From Patescibacteria group bacterium (GTDB lineage Bacteria; Patescibacteriota; Microgenomatia; Curtissbacterales; GWA2-41-24): DNA of 35,791 nucleotides. The notes under the pieces are model-generated. The model was given only the letters and a program-made list of their open reading frames with translations. It was not told where the DNA came from and made no database searches. The number at the start of each line of letters is the position of its first letter. Positions within the stretch are counted from its first letter, which is position 1. Location: NCBI GenBank assembly GCA_038063735.1, contig JBBTUN010000008.1, positions 29,141 through 64,931 on the forward strand. Reading direction: 5' to 3'. Positions 28,792 to 35,791 of the stretch are shown piece after piece. The translations under genes and the position numbers were made by a program.

Positions 28792-29667
28792 ATGAAAGAG
28801 CGGGGGGCAGTACCGCATAGTGTAGCAATTGAATCTTCAGCGGTTGGGGATGTGGAGTTGCGACCACAAGAGCCTCAAGATAGATTTCAACTAAGACCAA
28901 GAAAAAGGGTTAGGGCAATAGGAGCTTTGACTGCCAGCGTTCTGGCGCTGGGAATTACTTTGTCTGGATGTACTGGAGGAGATTCTTCTTCCGAAAGATC
29001 CGAAACTCCAAGCATAAAACCTTCCGTTACTGCGCAAAAAACACCGGAGGTGACAGTAACTCCGGAGGTTGGTGAGGTTACCCCTGAATCTATTAATCTA
29101 TTGCGAAAAATTGACGGGAAAAATTGGGACGAGGCGATTTCGGACGGAGACTTTACTTATTCCGAGGTTATTGAACTTAAAGATACTGATCCTGGTAAGC
29201 GGTATTTAAGGTTGGTTGGTAAGTTTGGAGTATACGTTTCCCGTAAAGATAATAAGTCCGGGGAAGTAAAAGATGCGACAGACAAGCGGGAACTATTTGA
29301 TTTAATCTTTCCGGAAAATCCAGAATCAAAATTTCCAGATTTACCTTCCGGTCGTATCAAAAAGGTTGACGGTTGGAGAGTTTTGGCATATTTGGTGGCG
29401 AGTGACCAAAATGTAGTAACCGAGATGCCTGGTCTTGGGGTTGTTGAAGGCACTGATCCAAACATTGTTGAAGTCAAAATTGGGTGGAGAGATTTTTACC
29501 ATTGCGGACCGACCGATACATCTTTACAAAAATGGATTGCTTATATAGATACAACGGGATATGGGCTTGGTGAGACTGATTTCGAAAAGCAGCTTCCAAT
29601 TGTCCAAGTTTCGGATGTTAGGGTGACATTAGACGATAAAATTTGTCTAGTTACACCATCACGCTGA
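28792..29667 (+). CDS. Hypothetical lipoprotein
   Basis: RPRKRVR, hydrophobic stretch, LSGC lipobox, Ser/Thr/Pro linker. Confidence 0.8.
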   Translation: MKERGAVPHSVAIESSAVGDVELRPQEPQDRFQLRPRKRVRAIGALTASVLALGITLSGCTGGDSSSERSETPSIKPSVTAQKTPEVTVTPEVGEVTPESINLLRKIDGKNWDEAISDGDFTYSEVIELKDTDPGKRYLRLVGKFGVYVSRKDNKSGEVKDATDKRELFDLIFPENPESKFPDLPSGRIKKVDGWRVLAYLVASDQNVVTEMPGLGVVEGTDPNIVEVKIGWRDFYHCGPTDTSLQKWIAYIDTTGYGLGETDFEKQLPIVQVSDVRVTLDDKICLVTPSR

Positions 29668-32636
29668 TGAAAATATTTAAGAAAATTGCGAGCGGATTGC
29701 GCAAGATTATAGTAATAGTTTTGATCTTGAGTTTATATCTGCCTTTGCTATTAATTCCCCAAAATTCGCAAGCGGCAACGACCACTGATCCGGTTGTCGA
29801 AATTCAAAACCTAAATAGTCAACTGGCAGACGGATTGAAAAATTCCCAAGTAACAGGTGGCACCGAAAGTGCAACAACCGCTTCAAATTTAGTGCAGGTT
29901 GCCACCGACAGAAGGGTAAAGTTAAAAAACCTGATAATAAACCAGCCGAAAGATGTTTCAAAAGTAATAATCGGCGATTCGGGCGTATATCCGGCGGATG
30001 TACAGGGCATTTTGGAGAAAAAGACAACCGAGACCGGTTATTATACCAGGCTGCATTCGGATTATCTGGATAAAAAGGAAACAAATGCGGATTTTTTGAT
30101 GGCAGGTCCTGATTTGGCAGGTCCCGCGGTTCTTTTGAAGAGCGATTACGGGCATGTAAATGTTGAAAATATAAATAAACAAATAACAGTTTCCGGTTAC
30201 AAACTGGATGGTATGATGTGGTTTGGCGGAGTTGATAATGTGAGTTTATTGACTGCGTCATCCTCGAATGTTGCACCCAATACCAGCGGTCCGGCTGCAG
30301 CAGGTGTCAATCCTCCCGGAACAAGAAGCATGGCTGTTTTGTATGTGAACTTTGTGGATAACAGGACCAGGACGTTGACCAATTCGCAAATTAGTGATCA
30401 TGTTTTTGGGGGCGGTAACAGTGTCAAGAGTTTTTTGGAAAAATCTTCAAACCACCTATTTACGATAAGCGGTGATGTGTATCTATTGGATTTGGATATT
30501 AATAAAACTTGTGAACTGATTAAATGGCCTTTTAATTTAGAAGGAGATTTGGTCGCTTATAGTAAAAATAAGGCGACTGAACTGGGGATTAACCTTGATA
30601 ATTATACCGATAAAATGATTATTCTAGACCCGACGCTTACTTGTTCTGTGGGCGGTGAAAGTACGCTTGGCCCAGGGTGGGCTTTTTCGATTGGTTTTTA
30701 TGCTATTGCCCACGAATTCGGACATAACATGTACTTGCAACATGCGCAGGGTTATGAATGTACTAATACTTTTGTAAGTGATAATTGTAGGGAAATTAAT
30801 TACGGTAATTGGTTTGACGTGATGGGCGGGTCACAAAATGATTTTGTTGATGGGGATTTTGGTCCCTATGCCAAAGAATTTTTAGGCTGGCTGCAGCCTT
30901 CTGAAGTAACAAATGTGACGGCAAGCGGAACGTATACAATAAATACTTTTGAAGAACCACCTACAATTCCTGGTCCGGAGTATCCTGCACGTGTTTTAAG
31001 GCTTGGTTTAGGGGCGGATAAACCTGCATATTACATTGCATATCGCATGAAAAATTCACTAAACGCGCAAGGACCTGTTATTGAGCTTGCAAGCGGAAGT
31101 TTGGGAAGTCTAAGAAGAACATATTTATTGGACACGACTCCCGGTTCTATTGCCGGAGATACTGATGTGTCAGATGATGGTTATTTGCATGACGGGCAAC
31201 AGGTAACAGATGCTTTTAACGGTATTAGCTTTAAGGGAATCAGCCATAACACAACGAGTGCGACGATTCAGGTTACGTATGGTCAGGCTTCGCCGGGACT
31301 TTCTTCTTTAAACGTGGAGTGGGATATGGCGACGGGTTACCTTTCGGCAGTTGGGCAGAAGAAGGATATGTCTTGGAATCCGATTCGTTATATTGTGGAC
31401 GTAAAATGCAGCGGCTATGGGTGTACTGGGGAGTGGAACCAGTGGAGCGGATGCTCGAGCTGGCCGACAGGAACTTGTCCGCCGTTTGATATGACAAGCA
31501 CTTCAGTTGATATTCCTGTCGGAAGTACCGGCAGCGGATATTCCTACCAGTATAGGGTTTGGCTGTTAACCCGCGACGATAATAACCCGAATCAGGCTGC
31601 AACCTACCAATGGATAGGCGATACTGATGCAAGCAAGAATTGCGGAGGTCCGGCGAACTGCATACAGACTTTAACCTGGCCGGCTGTGACCTACAAAGCT
31701 TATTTATATGAAAAGGATTCTGGACTAAAGGCTTGTACCGGGCAAATCTTTCCCGAAGTGGCTGGTTGCCAGGATTTTTTGTACGGGTCGGACATAACGT
31801 CTTTTTCCTTCCGTGGATTACCTTCGGGGATTACTTTTAAAGGTGCCGTTCGGGTTTCTGACTTTTCGGGTAACTTACATTTGCTCACAGATTATGCAGA
31901 TTTGGGCCAGTCGGATTCTTATGTAAGAAATTGTTCTAATTCAACTGGTGTAACATGTACACTTCCTGGTTATCCTAACCCGCAATCATTTATCGGATTT
32001 GAGCCTATTTTATGGTCTATCAAGGTTAACAACCAGAATGGGTATATATTTAGTGGGCCGACACTTGCACTTTCATTTGCCGACGGAAGTTTGACCGAGA
32101 ATTGGAAGTGGGATTATCATGCCGTGGTTTTTCCAAAGACCTACAGCGATTGTTATGCAGCTGGTATTGAGTGTCAAGTTCAGTCGGTTTACAAGTCTAC
32201 TGCAAGTAACTTCTCCTTTAGATTTACCGGGGTTAGGGCAGGTGCAGAATACCGTTTGATAGTTTGTGCATATATATGCAACACAACCGCCGGGAATCCG
32301 GTGGTTGTAGATAAAATTGTGATTAGTAATCCTGGAATTGGGCCATCATTTTTTTCGACAGATCCGTTTATTGAGCAACCACCTACTTTTGCCTGCGTTT
32401 TTATTAATGCACAAGGTCAAGCGCAAAAGTATGGAGATGTTAACAATAATGGAGCTGTAAATGCGTCTGATGCAACCTTGGTCCTTAGAAGCTATTTTGG
32501 TATTGATCCGCAACTGGCAGGTGATGCCAAGAAGGCGGGAGATGTTAATGGTAATAATATTTTAAACGCGTCGGACGCAACGCTTATTAAGCGGGTTGTC
32601 TTTGGAATAGATACAAAGTTCTCCGTTTGCCCGTAG
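29667..32636 (+). CDS. Secreted metzincin metallopeptidase (M11/M6-like) with C-terminal dockerin
   Basis: Signal ending SQA|A; AHEFGHNMYLQHA; YGNWFDVMGG Met-turn; KEFLGWL; C-terminal dockerin. The ATG overlaps the upstream TGA. Confidence 0.85.
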   Translation: MKIFKKIASGLRKIIVIVLILSLYLPLLLIPQNSQAATTTDPVVEIQNLNSQLADGLKNSQVTGGTESATTASNLVQVATDRRVKLKNLIINQPKDVSKVIIGDSGVYPADVQGILEKKTTETGYYTRLHSDYLDKKETNADFLMAGPDLAGPAVLLKSDYGHVNVENINKQITVSGYKLDGMMWFGGVDNVSLLTASSSNVAPNTSGPAAAGVNPPGTRSMAVLYVNFVDNRTRTLTNSQISDHVFGGGNSVKSFLEKSSNHLFTISGDVYLLDLDINKTCELIKWPFNLEGDLVAYSKNKATELGINLDNYTDKMIILDPTLTCSVGGESTLGPGWAFSIGFYAIAHEFGHNMYLQHAQGYECTNTFVSDNCREINYGNWFDVMGGSQNDFVDGDFGPYAKEFLGWLQPSEVTNVTASGTYTINTFEEPPTIPGPEYPARVLRLGLGADKPAYYIAYRMKNSLNAQGPVIELASGSLGSLRRTYLLDTTPGSIAGDTDVSDDGYLHDGQQVTDAFNGISFKGISHNTTSATIQVTYGQASPGLSSLNVEWDMATGYLSAVGQKKDMSWNPIRYIVDVKCSGYGCTGEWNQWSGCSSWPTGTCPPFDMTSTSVDIPVGSTGSGYSYQYRVWLLTRDDNNPNQAATYQWIGDTDASKNCGGPANCIQTLTWPAVTYKAYLYEKDSGLKACTGQIFPEVAGCQDFLYGSDITSFSFRGLPSGITFKGAVRVSDFSGNLHLLTDYADLGQSDSYVRNCSNSTGVTCTLPGYPNPQSFIGFEPILWSIKVNNQNGYIFSGPTLALSFADGSLTENWKWDYHAVVFPKTYSDCYAAGIECQVQSVYKSTASNFSFRFTGVRAGAEYRLIVCAYICNTTAGNPVVVDKIVISNPGIGPSFFSTDPFIEQPPTFACVFINAQGQAQKYGDVNNNGAVNASDATLVLRSYFGIDPQLAGDAKKAGDVNGNNILNASDATLIKRVVFGIDTKFSVCP

Positions 32637-32668
32637 AGCGCTTAGGTTCGCTACATTTTTCTCATTGA

Positions 32669-32697
32669 TTGACAAATATAGGCTTCGAATGGACAAT
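32669..32697 (+). promoter_or_regulatory. Sigma70-type promoter for argS (leaderless)
   Basis: TTGACA-17nt-GACAAT, 6 nt before the ATG at 32704. Confidence 0.6.
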
Positions 32698-32703
32698 GAA
32701 CTG

Positions 32704-34428
32704 ATGATTCGCGACCAAATAAAAGAGGACTTAGAGAAGGCGCTAAAAAGCCTGCAGATAGAGCAGGGGAAAGTTGAGGTTTCCCGGACTACAGATTCGA
32801 GGAATGGGGATTATACTTCTAATGTTTCACTAAAAATTGCGGGTAAACTTAAGCCCTTCGATGTGTCTCAGGACAAGCAATCGCCAATGGAGGTTGCTAA
32901 AAAAATAACTGATAGTATTGGTATTTTGCCTCACATTGAAAAACTAGAGGTTAAGGAGCCGGGTTTTATTAACTTCTTTGTTAAAAACGATTTTTGGCAA
33001 GATGAGGTGGAAAAAGTACTCAAAGAAGAAGTTTTAAGTCTCGGTGGGCCAAAGCTCAAAATAATCGTAGAGTTTACAGACCCCAACCCATTTAAAGAAT
33101 TTCATATAGGCCATCTTTACAGCAATATTGTAGGGGAATCTATTTCCCGTCTACTTGAAGCAACAGGAGCTGTAGTTAAAAGGGCGAATTATCAGGGCGA
33201 CATAGGTATGCATGTTGCCAAAACTATCTGGGGAATTCCCAAATTGTTAGACCAAATTGGTGAGAAGTTTGAAGACATTGAGAAAAAAGATCTTGGCGCG
33301 CGCGTTTTCTTTTTGGGTCAGGCTTATTCATTGGGTGCTAAAGAGTTTGAAGCCAGCCAGGGAGTTAAGGCTGAAATTGCCGAGATTAATAAGAAGATTT
33401 TTGCAAAAGATCCGTCTGTACTTGCCATTTATGAAAAAGGTAAGAAGTGGAGTCTTGATTATTTTGAACAAATTTACGAGCGCTTAGGCACAAAATTTGA
33501 TTTTTATTATCTTGAAAGTGAAGTGGGTGAAGTAGGCGCAAAGATTGTTCGTGAATTTTTAGAAAAAGGCGTGTTTATAAAAAGCGAAGGGGCAATCGTT
33601 TTTCCCGGAGAAAAATATGGTCTTCACAGCAGGGTATTTATTAATTCTTTGGGTTTGCCCACGTACGAGGCTAAAGAACTGGGTTTGGCGCCAACAAAAT
33701 ATAAAGATTTTGCCTATGACGAATCGGTGATTGTAACAGGAAACGAGATAAACGATTATTTTAAGGTACTTTTGGCGGCTCTAGCGCAGGTTGCACCGGA
33801 ACTTGCCGTCAAAACCCGCCATATTTCGCACGGTATGGTGCGGATGCCTGGAGGGAAAATGTCATCACGTCTTGGAAACGTGCTTTTGGGTGAGTGGCTC
33901 TTGGATGAGGCTAAAAAAAGGGTTATTGAAGCTTTTGAGGAAGTTCCCGCAGAAGTTGCCGAGCAAATCGGTGTAGGTGCAATAAAATACGCGCTTTTAA
34001 AAGGTAATATTGGCCAGGATGTAAATTTTACATTTGAAGAGGCTATAAGTCTTTCCGGTAATTCCGGGCCATATTTGCAGTATGCGTATGCCAGGTGCAG
34101 GTCGGTGTTGGCAAAAAGCAATAAGCAACATGCAAAAAGCAATAAGTTTGATTTGGAAAATTTAGAACCAGAGGAGTCGGCTCTTTTGAGAACGCTGGGG
34201 CATTTTGAGGAAGTGGTTTTGGATGCGGCAGAAAGTTTTGCTCCAAGTGCGCTTGCCAATTTTTTGTATGAAGCGGCCCAGAAATACAATAGCCTTTACA
34301 ACAATTTGCCGATATTGAAAGCTGGTGAAAAGGAAAGAGGCAGACGGTTGTTTTTGACTCGCGCAACTGCGGATGTACTTAAAAAGGGTTTAAGCCTTCT
34401 TGGAATAGCAGCTCCCGAGAAAATGTAG
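32704..34428 (+). CDS. argS: Arginine--tRNA ligase
   Basis: GDYTSN, PGFINF, EFTDPNPFKEFHIGH, GKMSSRLG, GNSGPYLQYAYAR, GIAAPEKM. Confidence 0.98.
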   Translation: MIRDQIKEDLEKALKSLQIEQGKVEVSRTTDSRNGDYTSNVSLKIAGKLKPFDVSQDKQSPMEVAKKITDSIGILPHIEKLEVKEPGFINFFVKNDFWQDEVEKVLKEEVLSLGGPKLKIIVEFTDPNPFKEFHIGHLYSNIVGESISRLLEATGAVVKRANYQGDIGMHVAKTIWGIPKLLDQIGEKFEDIEKKDLGARVFFLGQAYSLGAKEFEASQGVKAEIAEINKKIFAKDPSVLAIYEKGKKWSLDYFEQIYERLGTKFDFYYLESEVGEVGAKIVREFLEKGVFIKSEGAIVFPGEKYGLHSRVFINSLGLPTYEAKELGLAPTKYKDFAYDESVIVTGNEINDYFKVLLAALAQVAPELAVKTRHISHGMVRMPGGKMSSRLGNVLLGEWLLDEAKKRVIEAFEEVPAEVAEQIGVGAIKYALLKGNIGQDVNFTFEEAISLSGNSGPYLQYAYARCRSVLAKSNKQHAKSNKFDLENLEPEESALLRTLGHFEEVVLDAAESFAPSALANFLYEAAQKYNSLYNNLPILKAGEKERGRRLFLTRATADVLKKGLSLLGIAAPEKM

Positions 34429-34429
34429 G

Positions 34430-34499
34430 TAGAAAAGGTTTCAAAAGTACCAAAAGTATCACAGGTATCAAAGGGATCAGATGGGCCAGATGGTACAAT
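34430..34499. repeat. GTATCAAAG-type 9-mer tandem repeats after argS
   Basis: gtttcaaaa gtaccaaaa gtatcacag gtatcaaag ggatcagat gggccagat. Confidence 0.75.
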
Positions 34500-34507
34500 T
34501 TGCTCTC

Positions 34508-35380
34508 GTGAAGAAGTTGTTTTTTAGTTTGGTGGTTTTGGCAAGTCTTGCTTTTTTGTGGTTTAAGGCGGACTTTCCTTCAATGAAGAAGGTAGAGGAC
34601 GTAGCGGGTGACAAAGATCAAAAGTCGGAAATACTACGCTTTGCTATTGTTGCAGACAGTCACGGTGACAACGAAAATCTTAAAATGGCGCTGGACCTTG
34701 CAAAATCCTGGAGCGCAAACTTTGTCGTGGGGTTAGGGGATTACACAGAGGTTGGCACTCGAGGGCAGCTTAATGGTGCGAAGAAAGTTTTTGATAAAAG
34801 CGGTTTGAAATATTATTTAACTCCTGGAGATCATGACCTTTGGGACAGCAGGAACCGCGGAGAAGAAGCGCTTTATAATTATAGAGACGTTTTTGGTGAG
34901 CCGAGCCAGGTTTTTGAAAAAGCGGGAGTTGAATTTTTAATTGTTGATAATAGCGATATTTACAAAGGAATTAGCGATAGTGATTGGCAATTAGTTAATG
35001 AGAACCTTTCTAGAACTGCCACCCCACAACTAATTTTTGTTTTTTCCCATAAAACACCATATCACCCGCAAAGCGCTCACATAATGGGAGAAGAAACGCA
35101 AAGTGTGGCTGCTCAGGCCAAAGAATATCTAAAGCTGCTTGAGGGAAGTAAGGTGGACGGGTTTTTTAGCGGGGACTTACATTTTTTTGCAGAGTTTTCC
35201 TCCTACGCTTCTGATGGAGGCTTCGGAGGATCCACCTCTGGTGGAAAATCTAATGATGGTGTTAAAATCTCAACCATTGGTGCTGTTGGGAGCGAGCGCA
35301 ATTTTCAGGGGCCAAGGTTTGCTGTAGTAAAAGTGTATAGCGATTACAGCTGGGAAGTTGAGGATGTGGAGATTCGGTAA
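34508..35380 (+). CDS. Calcineurin-like metallophosphoesterase, membrane-anchored
   Basis: ADSH, GLGDYT, PGDHD, SHKTP, SGDLH. GTG 34508 is preferred (TGGTACAAT 8 nt upstream) over ATG 34481, which lies inside the repeats. Confidence 0.9.
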   Translation: MKKLFFSLVVLASLAFLWFKADFPSMKKVEDVAGDKDQKSEILRFAIVADSHGDNENLKMALDLAKSWSANFVVGLGDYTEVGTRGQLNGAKKVFDKSGLKYYLTPGDHDLWDSRNRGEEALYNYRDVFGEPSQVFEKAGVEFLIVDNSDIYKGISDSDWQLVNENLSRTATPQLIFVFSHKTPYHPQSAHIMGEETQSVAAQAKEYLKLLEGSKVDGFFSGDLHFFAEFSSYASDGGFGGSTSGGKSNDGVKISTIGAVGSERNFQGPRFAVVKVYSDYSWEVEDVEIR

Positions 35381-35383
35381 AAG

Positions 35384-35526
35384 CGAGTCAGTGTGTCAGT
35401 GAGTCAGTAGTTTCGGTAAGATCAGTAAATTCAGTAAGATCGGTAAATGCTGACAATACCGGTTACACTGATTGTACCGATAATACTAATTGCACAGACA
35501 TTACAGAATTACAGATTATACCGAAA
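35384..35526. repeat. Palindromic 9-mer repeat element, copy 4 (more diverged)
   Basis: TCRGT arm, centre TCGGTAAATGCTGACAATAC, ACYGA arm; ends just before the next ATG. Confidence 0.85.
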
Positions 35527-35529
35527 TAT

Positions 35530-35791
35530 ATGAAAGACTTTGAAAAGATTACTTTAAAAAACGGGCTGAGGATTATCTTGGCGCCTCTTGGGTCTGTGAT
35601 GTCTGCCACGGCTATTGTTTTGTGCGGCGCAGGTTCTCGATACGAAACACGCGAAACAAACGGAATTTCCCACTTTTTGGAACATATGTATTTTAAGGGC
35701 ACAAAAAAGAGGCCAACTGCTTCGGATATCTCTCATGCGCTGGACGCAATTGGAGCGGATTACAACGCCTTTACCGGTAAGGAAGAAACGG
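35530..35791 (+). CDS. M16 (pitrilysin-family) zinc peptidase, partial
   Basis: Hand translation MKDFEKITLKNGLRII...GAGSRYE...NGISHFLEHMYFKGTKKRP (HxxEH); runs off the window end. Confidence 0.92.
   Translation, partial: MKDFEKITLKNGLRIILAPLGSVMSATAIVLCGAGSRYETRETNGISHFLEHMYFKGTKKRPTASDISHALDAIGADYNAFTGKEET

Overview
This window looks like a Patescibacteria/CPR chromosome, probably Microgenomates-like (inferred from gene style, split ComEC, few Shine-Dalgarno sites and dockerin proteins). Left to right it holds: a >1160-aa minus-strand protein missed by the ORF track (MerR-like HTH, one TM helix, huge Thr/Gly-rich fibre region); two tRNA-Ala genes; leuS swollen by several in-frame palindromic tandem-repeat inserts; an atypical F-type ATPase operon; a SprT-like gene; four secreted proteins with a near-identical dockerin module but different putative lytic domains (Rpf-like transglycosylase, DUF4185/GH183-like, TIM-barrel GH-like, metzincin); lipoproteins; comEA and split comEC; argS; a metallophosphoesterase; and a partial M16 peptidase. 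The ATPase operon runs c-like fusion, b, delta, alpha, gamma, beta, epsilon. It has no subunit a, and its c-like hairpin lacks the ion-binding carboxylate but carries an exported beta-domain. The best candidates for new biology are this ion-uncoupled ATPase, the repeat hairpins invading essential genes, and the dockerin-tagged lytic set. All family calls come from motif recognition by eye; no searches were run.
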